Below the pieces are notes generated by a model that saw only the letters and a program-made list of their open reading frames with translations, ran no database searches and was not told where the DNA came from. A stretch of DNA of 64,000 nt, taken from the NCBI GenBank assembly GCA_001918745.1, contig MNGN01000053.1, forward strand, positions 2,435-66,434, written 5' to 3'. The position numbers and the translations under genes were made by a program. The stretch is from Crenarchaeota archaeon 13_1_40CM_3_52_17. GTDB lineage: Archaea; Thermoproteota; Bathyarchaeia; 40CM-2-53-6. Shown one piece after another: positions 1 to 11,279 of this stretch (positions are counted from its first letter, which is position 1; every line of letters begins with the position of its first letter).

Positions 1-20
1 TACGAGTTATCCTATCAATC

Positions 21-203
21 TTGATACTGGCTGGTTTTCTTGTAGGTTCCCTGATTTACGTGGGCTTCTATACAGAGAGCTTCAGCACTCTTCAAAAAAT
101 TATCTCGATTCTAGTAGCAATGATAATTGCCTTTACGATTCTAGCAGTTGTCTGGGTTACGTGGGCGGGGCGGAGGGGTATAATGGACTGGTGGAGAGAC
201 TAG
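21..203 (+). CDS. small membrane protein (possibly 5'-truncated by window edge)
   Basis: Two hydrophobic stretches; no recognisable motif. Confidence 0.5.
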   Translation: MILAGFLVGSLIYVGFYTESFSTLQKIISILVAMIIAFTILAVVWVTWAGRRGIMDWWRD

Positions 204-280
204 CCCAATAGTTGAACTGACAAGCACTTATCTGGAACTATCGCGTTCACGGCTCCGGCTAACGCTTCGGAGCCCATGCA

Positions 281-1462
281 TTGTCTCTCGCAATTGATGC
301 TTTGCTTGTTGTTCAATCTACTCTGGTGTTTCTTCTTGCAGGATATGAGTATCTTACCCTGATGCACTTTCCAGCCTTACCAGTAGATGCAACGCACACT
401 TCAAATCGTTCTCTAGTGTCGATTATTCTTCCTGTTCGAGATCAAGCAAGAACGGTTGATGAGTGTGTTGCATCACTGGTTGGATTGGATTATCCCGAGA
501 AAGAAATTATTGTGGTCGATGGCAATTCTACAGATGGGACCCTGGACATTCTTCGGAGTTTCGATGGCAAGATCAGTCTGGTCGAGGAAGAACCTCTTCC
601 TCACGGCTGGGTAGGAAAGAATTGGGCCTGCCACATGGGCTACCAACAAGCCCGGGGTGATCTTCTTCTGTTCACCGACGGCGACTCTACTCACTCACGC
701 GATAGTCTAGCTAGGACAGTGAACTATCTGGAAGTTACAAAAGCTGATCTGGTAACTCTTGCTCCTGCGGCGATTCTTCGATCTTTCTGGGAGAAACTTC
801 TCCAGCCACCCATATTCTGGCTGATCATGATGTTCGTCGGGGGCAAGTGGGTCAACGACGATTCCAAGCCACGTTGGGCTCTTGGAAATGGCCAGTACAT
901 GCTGTTTCGACGCGAGGCTTACGACAGAGTCGGTGGACACTCCGCGGTCAGGGATAGAATATCGGAGGATTACTCCTTGGGTAGGCTGATAAAAGCGAAA
1001 GGTCTTAGACTCAGAATGGTTGCGGCCTCTGACTCGCTTGGGGTTCGAATGTATTCCAGTCTCCCCGAGATCTGGCGTGGATGGAGGAAGAATTTCTATT
1101 CAGTCTCAGGAAATCATCCACTCTTTCGGGCCACATACCGATTGGCACTACTCTTCACCTTTCTCGTCTTGCCCTTTGTCGTGCTCGTATACGGCGTATA
1201 CCTTGCGCCAGCAACACCCTTGAACGTCTATCTCCTCACGGGCGCTTTCATGGCCTTCTTCCTATGGCTCGGAATAATCATTCTTGACCGATCGATAAGG
1301 ATCAGTCCTCTCTATGCCCTACTGCTCCCGTTCGCCATCCTATTCTACATTGGAATAGGCATCGACTCGACCATCAGAGGAGCGCTAGGAATGGGATTTT
1401 CATGGAAGGGTCGAATATATGGAAAACCCATAACTGGCCAGCTTGAAGTCACGGTTCCTTGA
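281..1462 (+). CDS. family 2 glycosyltransferase, membrane-bound (CrtQ/CruC-like)
   Basis: VSIILPVRD, VDGNSTDGT, GWVGKNWAC, FTDGD, SEDYSLG, GWRKN motifs; C-terminal TM helices ending in WKGR. Confidence 0.8.
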   Translation: MSLAIDALLVVQSTLVFLLAGYEYLTLMHFPALPVDATHTSNRSLVSIILPVRDQARTVDECVASLVGLDYPEKEIIVVDGNSTDGTLDILRSFDGKISLVEEEPLPHGWVGKNWACHMGYQQARGDLLLFTDGDSTHSRDSLARTVNYLEVTKADLVTLAPAAILRSFWEKLLQPPIFWLIMMFVGGKWVNDDSKPRWALGNGQYMLFRREAYDRVGGHSAVRDRISEDYSLGRLIKAKGLRLRMVAASDSLGVRMYSSLPEIWRGWRKNFYSVSGNHPLFRATYRLALLFTFLVLPFVVLVYGVYLAPATPLNVYLLTGAFMAFFLWLGIIILDRSIRISPLYALLLPFAILFYIGIGIDSTIRGALGMGFSWKGRIYGKPITGQLEVTVP

Positions 1463-3083
1463 GAAAAACGAGCGGAAAGTTCGTAACTTGAGCCAAACGA
1501 CCGAAATCGTCTCCACAGAAATAATCGAGCGCCTTGTCAGTCTTGACCATCCTTCTCGTGAGGATATCAATCGGATAAAGATCGAAGTTTGCCGGTTGCA
1601 CCGTTCACCAACCGTTCCTCCTAACTCCGATCTTCTCCGGCGCGTTCCTAACTACGAGCTGGCCAGGCTCAAGCCGCTACTAACCGGAAAACAGGTCCGT
1701 AGCGCAAGTGGAGTAACCACTGTTGCTGTGATGCCTAAGCCGTACGGTTGTCCCCACGGAAAATGCACCTACTGCCCAGGCGGGCCGGAAGTCGGGGTCC
1801 CGAGAGCATACACAGGACAGGAGCCGGCAGTAATGCGAGCCCTGGAGAATGAATACGACCCCTACCTCCAGGTTCAATCCAGAATCGCTCAGTTACGCGC
1901 GATGGGGCACCCAGTTGACAAAGTCGAGTTGATCCTCGTCGGCGGGACCTTTCCCTTTCTGCCCCGAATATACCAGGAGGATTTCGTCAAACGATGCCTA
2001 GACGCTTTGAATGGTATTGACTCACCTTCTTTGGAAGAAGCGAAGAATCTTGCTGAGTCAGCGAAGGTTAGGAACGTCGGGATAACTATCGAGACCCGGC
2101 CTGACTGGTCGCGGGTTGGACATGTTGATCACATGCTCTCCATGGGTGTTACACGGGTTGAGATCGGAGTCCAGACACTCTACGATGATGTATACGAGAA
2201 AATACATCGAGATCATTCTGTTGCTGATGTTGTTGAGACAACGCAGATTTTGAAGGATTCAGGAATCAAGGTCGGGTATCACATGATGCTTGGTCTCCCT
2301 GGTTGCGACGCCAAACGGGATCTAGAGGCGTTCCGCAGAATTTTTGCAGACTCGGATTTCAAACCTGACATGCTGAAGATCTATCCATGCCTGGTTACCC
2401 CTGGAACACAGCTCCACGGGGAATGGATGAGAGGAGAGTACAAGCCCTATTCCACAGAAGAATCAGCACGTCTCATCGTCGAGCTCAAACAGTACGTTCC
2501 ACGCTGGGTCAGGATCATGCGGATACAGAGAGAGATACCCGTCGATGGGATATCTGACGGTGTTAAGCATGGAAATCTCCGTCAGCTCGTTCAGAAAGAG
2601 CTCAAGCGCCGAGGGATGAAGTGTCAGTGCATCAGATGTCGAGAGGCCGGGATCTCCTACATTAGGAACGGCGAAACCCCAGACATGGAACAAATCCAGC
2701 TCAAGCGAATCGACTACGAAGGATCCGGGGGAACTGACGTCTTCGTATCATTCGAGGATCCCGAGCATGACATCCTCGTTGGGTACGTCCGACTTCGTAT
2801 TCCTACCGGGAATGCTCACAGACCAGAAGTCGCAAGACACAACGCTGCAATCATCCGGGAACTCCACGTATTCGGGCAGACAGTTCCGGTAGGAGACAGG
2901 CTGGCGGGCGCGTTCCAGCACAATGGCTACGGATCGAAGCTCCTTGGCGAAGCAGAAAGGATCTCTCGCGAAGAATACGATCGCAAGAAAATGGTCGTGA
3001 TTAGTGCTCTTGGTACCAAGCGGTATTACTCACGCTTCGGCTATACCCATGACGGACCTTACGTGTCCAAGAACATAGCGTAA
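1443..3083 (+). CDS. elp3: Elp3 radical SAM/acetyltransferase, tRNA U34 carboxymethyltransferase
   Basis: CPHGKCTYCPGG radical SAM motif, ETRPD, IYPCLV, CIRCRE, RELHVFG, FQHNGYG; true start may be slightly downstream. Confidence 0.95.
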   Translation: MKSRFLEKNERKVRNLSQTTEIVSTEIIERLVSLDHPSREDINRIKIEVCRLHRSPTVPPNSDLLRRVPNYELARLKPLLTGKQVRSASGVTTVAVMPKPYGCPHGKCTYCPGGPEVGVPRAYTGQEPAVMRALENEYDPYLQVQSRIAQLRAMGHPVDKVELILVGGTFPFLPRIYQEDFVKRCLDALNGIDSPSLEEAKNLAESAKVRNVGITIETRPDWSRVGHVDHMLSMGVTRVEIGVQTLYDDVYEKIHRDHSVADVVETTQILKDSGIKVGYHMMLGLPGCDAKRDLEAFRRIFADSDFKPDMLKIYPCLVTPGTQLHGEWMRGEYKPYSTEESARLIVELKQYVPRWVRIMRIQREIPVDGISDGVKHGNLRQLVQKELKRRGMKCQCIRCREAGISYIRNGETPDMEQIQLKRIDYEGSGGTDVFVSFEDPEHDILVGYVRLRIPTGNAHRPEVARHNAAIIRELHVFGQTVPVGDRLAGAFQHNGYGSKLLGEAERISREEYDRKKMVVISALGTKRYYSRFGYTHDGPYVSKNIA

Positions 3084-3135
3084 GAATCCTTAACCGGATA
3101 CGTAGCTCACAGATTCCTAAAGACGTGTTGCACGA

Positions 3136-4470
3136 ATGGCTGTCCAAGAACTAGAAGGGTACCATGGGCAAGTCCTTCAACAGCTGAAGAAATCCAAGGC
3201 CAAGATCGGTAGCATCCTCCGTCTCACCTCGAAATCGAACGAAGTATTCGAAGGGACCCTTATTCCCCGATCGGACTATTCCGATCATACTCACATCGTC
3301 TTGAAGATGAAAAACGGCTACAACATAGGCATCTCCCTCGACAGAACTCAAAAGCTGGAAGTTATAGGGGAGGGCGAGAAACCCCATTTCACCAAACCTT
3401 CCCCACCGGCAAACCATGCCGGCTTACCTAAGGTTGCCATCGTGAGCACAGGTGGTACCATCGCGAGTAGAGTCGACTATCGCACCGGCGCCGTGCAACC
3501 CGCACTTACAGCCGCCGACCTCGCAAGCGTCGTCCCTGAACTCTCATCAATAGCCGAAATCGACACTCACATTCTCTTCAGCGAATACAGCGAGAACATA
3601 GGTCCGACCCATTGGAAGATCATGGCCGACGAAGTCGCCAAAAGAATAGCCAATGGTGCAGAGGGGGTCGTGATAAGTCATGGAACGGACAGCTTGCACT
3701 ATACCGGAGCGGCTTTGAGTTTCGCGGTCGCAAACCTTCCCGTTCCGGTCCTACTTGTCGGCGCTCAGCGATCTTCCGATCGCCCTAGCTCGGACGCGGC
3801 CCCGAATCTCACGGGAGCAGTTGCCCTCGCCGCATTAGCCGACATGGCGGCCGTTGGTATTGCCATGCACCAAGATCTCTCCGACCACATCGTCGTCGCT
3901 CATCGCGGCACCAGGGTGCGAAAGTGCCACACGAGTCGTCGAGATGCGTTCAAGTCTATCAACTCCGAGCCCTTGGCTAGTTACGATCTGAAGACTGGCC
4001 AGATCGAAATGACGAATGGGGTTCCGAAGAGAGACAAATCCAGGAAACTGGTCGTAAAATCTCGTTTCGACCAACATGCGTATTTGATCAAATTCTACCC
4101 CGGGTTCGACTCTGGTATGATTGACTCGGCCATGTCCAGAGGAGTCCGAGGAATCGTCCTTGAAGGAACGGGTTTAGGTCATGTTTCCAGGGCCCTCATC
4201 GATTCTTTGAAGAAGGCCTTGAAGCGAGAGGTCCCAGTCTTCATGACCTCCCAGACGATATGGGGACGAGTCGACATGAACGTCTACAATACTGGACGCG
4301 ACCTGCTCAACCTAGGAGTCATCCCTCTCGAAGACATGATCTCTGAAACAGCCATTGTGAAGCTCATGTGGGTCTTGGCCCAGACTAGGTCAGCCAGTAA
4401 GATTCGAGAAATGATGCTTCGGCCCAACGCAGGCGACATCACTCCGAGGACGTTGGTGGAGGCTTCCTAG
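3136..4470 (+). CDS. gatD: glutamyl-tRNA(Gln) amidotransferase subunit D
   Basis: LKMKNGYNIG, STGGTIASRVDYRTGAV, HGTD, GAQRSSDRPSSD. Confidence 0.96.
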   Translation: MAVQELEGYHGQVLQQLKKSKAKIGSILRLTSKSNEVFEGTLIPRSDYSDHTHIVLKMKNGYNIGISLDRTQKLEVIGEGEKPHFTKPSPPANHAGLPKVAIVSTGGTIASRVDYRTGAVQPALTAADLASVVPELSSIAEIDTHILFSEYSENIGPTHWKIMADEVAKRIANGAEGVVISHGTDSLHYTGAALSFAVANLPVPVLLVGAQRSSDRPSSDAAPNLTGAVALAALADMAAVGIAMHQDLSDHIVVAHRGTRVRKCHTSRRDAFKSINSEPLASYDLKTGQIEMTNGVPKRDKSRKLVVKSRFDQHAYLIKFYPGFDSGMIDSAMSRGVRGIVLEGTGLGHVSRALIDSLKKALKREVPVFMTSQTIWGRVDMNVYNTGRDLLNLGVIPLEDMISETAIVKLMWVLAQTRSASKIREMMLRPNAGDITPRTLVEAS

Positions 4471-4476
4471 TCGTCG

Positions 4477-6375
4477 ATAGATCATCGATCTGTCGGCCTA
4501 AAGGTCGGGGTTGAGATACATCGACAGCTTGATACTAGGCACAAGCTCTTCTGCGATTGTCCGACAGTTCTGTCCGCCAAGCCTCCAACCGTCACATTCG
4601 AACGGCGGCTTAGGCCCACGCAAAGCGAGCTAGGTCAAATTGATCCCGCCGCACTCTTCGAGTTCCACAAGGGTAAGACAGTCACCTACGAGGCAGACCC
4701 GGAAACCACTTGCCTCGTGGAGCTGGATGAGGAGCCTCCCCATCCGTTGAACCCGGAAGCATTGGATGTCGCCCTTACAATGAGCATGCTTCTTCATGCG
4801 AAGCCCATGGACGAGATTCACGTTATGCGAAAGGTAGTCATTGACGGGTCTAACACAACAGGATTCCAGCGAACCGCGGTCATAGCACTCAACGGGTCCA
4901 TAGCAGTGGATGGAGTGGAAGTCCCGCTAGAACAAGTAACGCTCGAGGAGGATGCGGGGCGAAAGACTGGCGACACAAAGACCTCGGTAATTTTCCGACT
5001 AGATCGGCTCGGAGTCCCATTGATAGAAGTCTCAACTGGACCCATAATCCACGATCCAGAACAAGCGGGAAAAGTTGCGTTCGCCATCGGTCGTATTCTC
5101 CGAGCAACCAAGAAAGTGAAGCGAGGTCTGGGAAGCATACGGCAGGACCTCAACATATCGATCAATGACGGTGCCCTCATCGAAGTGAAGGGGGTCCAGG
5201 AGCTCGAACTCGTTTCCAAAGTTGTAAGCTATGAGGTTCAGAGACAGCTCGGATTGCTTGAGATCAGAGACGAACTCCGACAGAGGAGCGTCAAGGCTTC
5301 AGATATCAAAGAGGAATTCATTGATGTCACCAGCATTCTCTCAGGCTCACAATCGAAGATCGTCCAATCCGCCCTCAATCAAGGAGGAGTAGCCCTAGCA
5401 GTCAAACTGCCCCGTTTCAATGGATTGCTGAAGCGCGAACTCATCCCCAATCTCCGGCTTGGAACAGAGATGGCTAAGCGGGCCATCTTCTGGGGTAGGG
5501 TCGGAGGAATTTTTCATTCAGATGAGCTTCCCGCCTATGGAATTGATTCAAGTCATGTTGAGAGAGTCGCGAGGAGCCTTGGATGCGGAGAACTTGACGG
5601 GTTCGTTATCGTTGCAGATAGTCTTGACAATGCGAAAGACGGCTTGAGAGCAGTTGTAGAACGTGCTCGGGAGGCAGTTGAACGAGTTCCGGAAGAAACA
5701 CGGGCTGCAAACCCCGATGGGACCACCGTCTACTTGCGGCCAAGGCCTGGAGCAGCTAGAATGTATCCAGAAACCGATGTCCCACCGGTTCGGATCGGCC
5801 AGGACCGACTTGAACGGCTCTGGGAGAGCCTTCCCCGAATGCCAGAAGAGCTCGCTAAAGAACTTGAGACGAAGCACAGTCTCAGTTCTAAGCAAGCCAC
5901 TCAACTCGTGGATTCTGATTATCTTCCTGCTTTCGAAGAAATTGTCGCTCGGGCAAAAGGTGTCGCTGCTAGCTTTGTCGCCACGGTGCTTACCGAATCT
6001 CTGAGAAGCCTCCAAAGGGAACAGGTGCCCGTGGAGAACATTCGGGAAGACCAGCTCAAACAAGCGTTCGACTTGGTTTCGAAGGGTGCAACGGCAAAAG
6101 AGTCAGTTCTTGACGTTCTCAAATGGCTCGCATTCCATCCCGACGGATCCGCCGAAGAAGCCATCGAAATGCTGAACCTCCGAATGCTAACCAAGTCGGA
6201 CCTAGAGAGCATCATCAGCAAAATTGTCGAATCTAATCAGACAATGGTTCAAGAAAACGGATCCAAAGCGCTCGGCCGAATGATGAACCTGGTAATGGGC
6301 GAGGTGAGAGGACGAGCTGACTCTCGACAAGTCACCGAGCTGCTTAGGAATCGATTGGAGCAAGTCAAAGCGTGA
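4477..6375 (+). CDS. gatE: glutamyl-tRNA(Gln) amidotransferase subunit E (start non-canonical or uncertain)
   Basis: Frame is open from 4471 and reads IDHRSVGLKVGVEIHRQLDTRHKLFC; MRKVVIDGSNTTGFQRT, RPRPGAARMYPETD; first standard start (4717) lies inside the conserved domain. Confidence 0.93.
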   Translation: MDHRSVGLKVGVEIHRQLDTRHKLFCDCPTVLSAKPPTVTFERRLRPTQSELGQIDPAALFEFHKGKTVTYEADPETTCLVELDEEPPHPLNPEALDVALTMSMLLHAKPMDEIHVMRKVVIDGSNTTGFQRTAVIALNGSIAVDGVEVPLEQVTLEEDAGRKTGDTKTSVIFRLDRLGVPLIEVSTGPIIHDPEQAGKVAFAIGRILRATKKVKRGLGSIRQDLNISINDGALIEVKGVQELELVSKVVSYEVQRQLGLLEIRDELRQRSVKASDIKEEFIDVTSILSGSQSKIVQSALNQGGVALAVKLPRFNGLLKRELIPNLRLGTEMAKRAIFWGRVGGIFHSDELPAYGIDSSHVERVARSLGCGELDGFVIVADSLDNAKDGLRAVVERAREAVERVPEETRAANPDGTTVYLRPRPGAARMYPETDVPPVRIGQDRLERLWESLPRMPEELAKELETKHSLSSKQATQLVDSDYLPAFEEIVARAKGVAASFVATVLTESLRSLQREQVPVENIREDQLKQAFDLVSKGATAKESVLDVLKWLAFHPDGSAEEAIEMLNLRMLTKSDLESIISKIVESNQTMVQENGSKALGRMMNLVMGEVRGRADSRQVTELLRNRLEQVKA

Positions 6376-6851
6376 CAAGCACAAAGGACGAGTTGAAGGT
6401 CGAAGATTTCGCCCTTGACGATCTCGATAAGAAGATCCTTCATTGGTACCTAATCGACGCTCGCCTCTCCTACAGGGAGCTAGCACACAAGCTAGGCGTC
6501 TCCACAACCACCGTTCAATCTAGAACCGCGAAACTGGAGAAGGTGGGAATCATACGCGGTTACTCTGCCATGTTCGACCATGACAAGATCGGCTTCCAGC
6601 TCACCGCTATAACAGAGGTAAGCGTCGCCAAAGGTAAGCTCCTTGAGCTTGAGAAAGAGGTTGCTAAGATGCCTCAGGTGCTCGCCGTATACGACGTTAC
6701 CGGGCTCACCGATGCGATGGTCATAGCCAAGTTCAAGAGCCGAGACGACCTGAGCAAATTCACCAAAGCTCTTCTAGCCATGCCCTTCGTGGAACGAACA
6801 AATACCCACATCGTCCTTACGACCGTCAAGGAAGATTTTCGTTTGCTCTAA
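6372..6851 (+). CDS. Lrp/AsnC family transcriptional regulator
   Basis: LDDLDKKIL...DARLSYRELAHKLG HTH; VYDVTG ligand domain. Confidence 0.92.
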   Translation: MTSTKDELKVEDFALDDLDKKILHWYLIDARLSYRELAHKLGVSTTTVQSRTAKLEKVGIIRGYSAMFDHDKIGFQLTAITEVSVAKGKLLELEKEVAKMPQVLAVYDVTGLTDAMVIAKFKSRDDLSKFTKALLAMPFVERTNTHIVLTTVKEDFRLL

Positions 6852-7687
6852 CCAGGCCTTAGACGCGTGGCACTCTTCAACGATTGAACCGTTTTTTTCA
6901 ATTGAGTCTCCGTCTCATTCGGATCATCCAGGTGGTTGCCAACGATTCTGGCCAAAGCGCTTCCCACGATTGCCCCGTCGGCTCCGGATTGTATGACCGC
7001 GGAAACGTGTTCGGGATGGGAGATGCCAAATCCGGCGGAGACAGGAATCTTGCCCTTAGCCAGGGACTTCACAGTCTTGACCGCTTCGAGTGCTTGTGGG
7101 CTGAGCGTGTCCCGAGGACCAGTAACGCCGTAGAGTGAGACAAGGTAGAGGAAGCCCTTCGATTTGTCGAGAACGGTTCGCAGTCGCGTCCGCGATGTGT
7201 TCGGTGCTGCTAGGTAGATAATGTCGATGTTGTGTTTCAGGGCTAGGTTTCTGATGTCGTCGCTCTCTTCTACCGGCAGGTCCGGAACTACGATCCCATC
7301 AACACCGCTCTCACGAGCTTTCTTCAGGAAATTGTCCAAGCCCATCGCAAGAATCGGGTTGTAGTAGCTCAAAATGACAAACGGGACTGAAAACTGGGAT
7401 GAAAGTTCTCGAATCATTCCGAGGATTCCAAGAGGGGTAGCCCCATTGGACAAGGACCGCATGCTAGAGGCCTGGATCACTGGTCCATCTGCGATTGGAT
7501 CTGAAAATGGAATCCCGATCTCAACAATGTCCGCTCCACCTTCTATCAGGGCGGTAGAATTAGCCAAGAATGCTTTCGGGTCTGGGTCCCCACCTGTCAG
7601 ATAGGCAACCAATGCTCCCTCTCCTTTTTTCTGGAGCTCTCGGAACTTTGCCCCAATTCTGTCGTCATTGTGCGAGGTGTTTGGCAA
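6848..7687 (-). CDS. trpA: tryptophan synthase alpha chain
   Basis: [37 protein letters not shown]. Confidence 0.97.
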   Translation of the reverse strand: MPNTSHNDDRIGAKFRELQKKGEGALVAYLTGGDPDPKAFLANSTALIEGGADIVEIGIPFSDPIADGPVIQASSMRSLSNGATPLGILGMIRELSSQFSVPFVILSYYNPILAMGLDNFLKKARESGVDGIVVPDLPVEESDDIRNLALKHNIDIIYLAAPNTSRTRLRTVLDKSKGFLYLVSLYGVTGPRDTLSPQALEAVKTVKSLAKGKIPVSAGFGISHPEHVSAVIQSGADGAIVGSALARIVGNHLDDPNETETQLKKTVQSLKSATRLRPG

Positions 7688-8867
7688 TTATCTCCACGTC
7701 CTTGTCGCCTCTACCAGAAAGGTTGACGATGATCGAATCCTTTCTTCCGAGATTCTTCGCTAACTTCATCGCGAAACTGGCGGCGTGGGCCGATTCCAAG
7801 GCAGGCATGATCCCCTCCAGCTCTGAGAGGGTTTTGAACGCCTCCAGGGCCTCCTGATCCGACACTGTAACATATTTGGCCCGCCCCGCAGTCATCAGGA
7901 AAGCATGTTCCGGCCCCACTCCAGGATAGTCGAGCCCGGCGGAAATGCTCCGGGTCGTCTGCACTTGCCCGACATCGTCCTGCAGAACATAGGTCATCAT
8001 GCCATGCAGGACTCCCTCGCGTCCAACAACCAACGGCGCGGCATTTTGGCCTGGCGACAAACTTTCCCCGCCTGCCTCGACCCCGTAAAGGTCAACCTCA
8101 AGATCGTGCAAAAACGAATGGAAGATTCCAATCGAGTTGCTTCCCCCTCCTACACACGCAACAACTTTTTTCGGAAGTTTTCCTTCCTCTCGTAGAATCT
8201 GCGTCCGGGCCTCTTTCCCGATCACGCTCTGAAAGTCCCGGACCATCGTCGGGTAGGGATGAGGACCGACAACTGAGCCAAGAAGATAGTAAGTATCCTG
8301 AACGTTCGTAACCCAGTCCCTCAACGCTTCACTGATCGCGTCCTTCAAGGTCTTGGACCCGGACTCGACGGGATGCACTTTGGCACCCAGCATTCTCATC
8401 CGGTAGACGTTCAACCTCTGCCGATCCATGTCCTCACTCCCCATGTAGACCTCCGCATGCAATCCCAGAGCCGCGCATGCCATTGCGGTAGCAACCCCGT
8501 GTTGTCCCGCTCCTGTCTCTGCGATGATCCGCCGCTTTCCCATCTTCTTGGCAAGGAGAGCTTGGCCGAGGGTGTTGTTGATCTTGTGCGCGCCGCCATG
8601 CAAGAGATCCTCTCTCTTCAGGTAGATTCTAGCTCCTCCGACATGACGAGTCAGATTGAGAGCAAGGTACAGTGGCGTAGGTCTGCCAGCGAAACCATCG
8701 AGCCAACTGGCCAACTCCTTCTTGAACGAGGGATCGTGCGAGAACCGATTGTAAGCCTCCTCAAGCGCTCTCAATGGTTCCATTAGGGTCTCAGGGACAT
8801 ACTGCCCACCGTATTTTCCGAACTTGCCCGGTCTCGGACGTGGCTTCGGCTCGGCGTGTTTCTTCAA
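7665..8867 (-). CDS. trpB: tryptophan synthase beta chain (TrpB1)
   Basis: [49 protein letters not shown]. Confidence 0.98.
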   Translation of the reverse strand: MKKHAEPKPRPRPGKFGKYGGQYVPETLMEPLRALEEAYNRFSHDPSFKKELASWLDGFAGRPTPLYLALNLTRHVGGARIYLKREDLLHGGAHKINNTLGQALLAKKMGKRRIIAETGAGQHGVATAMACAALGLHAEVYMGSEDMDRQRLNVYRMRMLGAKVHPVESGSKTLKDAISEALRDWVTNVQDTYYLLGSVVGPHPYPTMVRDFQSVIGKEARTQILREEGKLPKKVVACVGGGSNSIGIFHSFLHDLEVDLYGVEAGGESLSPGQNAAPLVVGREGVLHGMMTYVLQDDVGQVQTTRSISAGLDYPGVGPEHAFLMTAGRAKYVTVSDQEALEAFKTLSELEGIMPALESAHAASFAMKLAKNLGRKDSIIVNLSGRGDKDVEIIAKHLAQ

Positions 8868-9649
8868 GCGTTGACCAGCTCTCTCACTTTGCCTTGGATA
8901 TCACGGGATTTCATTATCGACGTGCCCACAAGAAAGGCCCCCGCGCCGGCGGACCTGAGTCGTCTAATATCATCGGGAGATTCTATGCCGCTTTCAGAAA
9001 CGATCGGTCTATCGATATCGCTGTTCTCTGCGAGGATCTTTGCCGTAGTCGACAGGTCAAGCTGGAAGGTTGACAGATTCCGATTATTGATACCGTAGAG
9101 GTCCGGTCTGAATCTTCGAAGACTCTCAAACTCGCCGGCACTGTTTGCCTCTATTAATACCTCCATTCCAAGCCGATTGGCTTCAAGGAGCATACTATCG
9201 AGTCCAGTGTTGGACAATTTTCTACTGAACACTTCAGAAATCAACACCACTGCACTGGCTCCCGCCCTCGCTCCAGCCTGGAGTTGCTTGGGTGAAACTA
9301 TGATATCCTTCATAATAGTAGGCGCTGCAGTCTCCAGGCTGATCGTAGCTAAGGTTTGGAGATCGCCGTCAAAATTCTCAGGGTCGGTTAGGACCGAGAT
9401 TCCACATGATCCTCCGTTCAGCATCGCCTTCGCGATCTGAAGAGGGTTTCCAGATTCTCTGATCTTTCCGGCGGATGGGGAAGCGAATTTTATCTCCGTG
9501 ATGACTGGGGTTCTTCTGCTTTCTTGGATCGCTTTGACCAAACTTCTCCGAGAAGCGTTTGTGGTTCCACGGTTGTCGTAGTAGCCTTGCTTGACTCTCG
9601 CTTTGGCCTTTGAAGTGAGTTCGGGCAGATGATCTACCAAGAGCGTCAA
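8864..9649 (-). CDS. trpC: indole-3-glycerol phosphate synthase
   Basis: [31 protein letters not shown]. Confidence 0.95.
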   Translation of the reverse strand: MTLLVDHLPELTSKAKARVKQGYYDNRGTTNASRRSLVKAIQESRRTPVITEIKFASPSAGKIRESGNPLQIAKAMLNGGSCGISVLTDPENFDGDLQTLATISLETAAPTIMKDIIVSPKQLQAGARAGASAVVLISEVFSRKLSNTGLDSMLLEANRLGMEVLIEANSAGEFESLRRFRPDLYGINNRNLSTFQLDLSTTAKILAENSDIDRPIVSESGIESPDDIRRLRSAGAGAFLVGTSIMKSRDIQGKVRELVNA

Positions 9650-10695
9650 GCCATGTTCTTCAACCGTTGAGTGTCTCCGCCCGAAAACTCAACGAGTTGA
9701 TGCAATGTTCGGAGTGGCTTTCCATCGCTTACAACTTTGAAAGCGATCTCGACTCCCTCTCTGAAGTTCTCGGCTCTTTCACAAAGGACCAGTCCTGCTG
9801 CCGCGTTCGCCAAAACCATTTGCACACGAGGGTCGTCACGTCTAAGTTGTCCAGATAGAATCTTGGCGGTGAGACGTGCGTTCTCCTCCGGGACCGAGCC
9901 ACTAACCTCTTCAGATGTGCTTCTCTTGAAGCCCAGATCCTCTGGATTCATCTCATCGCGGAAGAGTCTTCCGTCTTGACGCCTTACAATAATCGTCTTA
10001 CCAGTCATCGAAATCTCATCGACGCCGTCGAGCCCATAGACCGTCATCACCGATTTCGCTCCTAAGTTGTGTGCTGCGAGACAGATGGGCTCTAGAAGCT
10101 CGCTGTCGTAGACTCCGATCAGTTGTGCATTTGCCCCCGCAGGGTTCGTTAGAGGGCCAAGGATGTTGAAGACGGTACGTACGCCTATTTCGCGTCGTAT
10201 CGATGCCACGTTCTTCATCGCCGGGTGGAAGTTAGGTGCGAACATGAACCCAATTCCGATCTCTTCGATAGCCCGCTCAACCAACTCTGCTTCCATGTTC
10301 AGGTTCAGACCCAACTGTTCGAGAAGGTCCGCGCTTCCGCATTTGCTTGTGAAGGATCGATTGCCATGTTTTGCCACAGGAACACCGGCTGCCGCGATTA
10401 CGAATGCGGCAGTCGTGCTCACATTGAACGTTTTCGTTCTATCCCCGCCAGTCCCGCAAGTGTCCAACAGGTAACCGTTTATCTTCGGATGAATTCTCCG
10501 GCTGAATTCCCGCATTACCTGCGCTAGGGCAGTAACTTCGTCAGCTGTCTCCCGCTTCTTTTTCAATCCTATCAGAAATGCTGCGACCTGTGACGAGGTC
10601 GCCTCTCCGGACATGATTTCTTTCATGGTAGCTTTCGCTTGATCGGGCGTCAACTCGTGGTTCTCCAGGAGTAGCGGGATGCATTCTCTGATCAT
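9646..10695 (-). CDS. trpD: anthranilate phosphoribosyltransferase
   Basis: DTCGTGGD, FNVST, KHGNRS, RTVFNILGPLTNP. Confidence 0.97.
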   Translation of the reverse strand: MIRECIPLLLENHELTPDQAKATMKEIMSGEATSSQVAAFLIGLKKKRETADEVTALAQVMREFSRRIHPKINGYLLDTCGTGGDRTKTFNVSTTAAFVIAAAGVPVAKHGNRSFTSKCGSADLLEQLGLNLNMEAELVERAIEEIGIGFMFAPNFHPAMKNVASIRREIGVRTVFNILGPLTNPAGANAQLIGVYDSELLEPICLAAHNLGAKSVMTVYGLDGVDEISMTGKTIIVRRQDGRLFRDEMNPEDLGFKRSTSEEVSGSVPEENARLTAKILSGQLRRDDPRVQMVLANAAAGLVLCERAENFREGVEIAFKVVSDGKPLRTLHQLVEFSGGDTQRLKNMA

Positions 10696-10700
10696 CCTGT

Positions 10701-11279
10701 TCAGCCCTCCAGGAAGTTCTCGATGATCCTATGCCCCGGCACGGTGAGGATGGACTCTGGATGGAATTGGACGCCTTCAATAGGGAATTCTTTGTGGCGG
10801 ACGCCCATTATCTCATTGTCATCAATCGACTGTGCAGTCACTTCGAGGGTTTTCGGCAGGCTCTTTCTTTCCGCGACCAGCGAATGGTATCTAGTAGCAT
10901 CGAAGGGGCTCTTGATACCACGTAGAACTCCTTTGCCATCGTGCCTAATTGGGCTGACCTTGCCGTGGCGAAGTCTTCTTGCTCGAACTATTCTGCCTCC
11001 GAACGCGTGAACAATCCCTTGATGTCCAAGGCAGACGCCCAGTGTCGGGGTTTCGTTGCTCACTTCTTGGAGGATGGTTGTGCACGTCCCAAAGTACCGG
11101 GCATTGCCGGGTGTACCCGGGCCCGGGGAGATTACGATCCTGTCAGGTGAGAGTTCCTTGACCCCTTTGACATCAATCTCATCGTTTCTTTTCACGACAA
11201 CCTTGTCGGCGATCTCGCCCACGTATTGGGCCAGGTTGTAGACGAAGCTGTCGTAGTTGTCGAGGATCAGAACCTTCAA
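10701..11279 (-). CDS. trpG: anthranilate synthase component II (glutamine amidotransferase)
   Basis: DNYDSFVYN, SPGPG, GVCLGHQ, RYHSL, VQFHPES; likely TTG start overlapping the trpE stop. Confidence 0.96.
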   Translation of the reverse strand: MKVLILDNYDSFVYNLAQYVGEIADKVVVKRNDEIDVKGVKELSPDRIVISPGPGTPGNARYFGTCTTILQEVSNETPTLGVCLGHQGIVHAFGGRIVRARRLRHGKVSPIRHDGKGVLRGIKSPFDATRYHSLVAERKSLPKTLEVTAQSIDDNEIMGVRHKEFPIEGVQFHPESILTVPGHRIIENFLEG

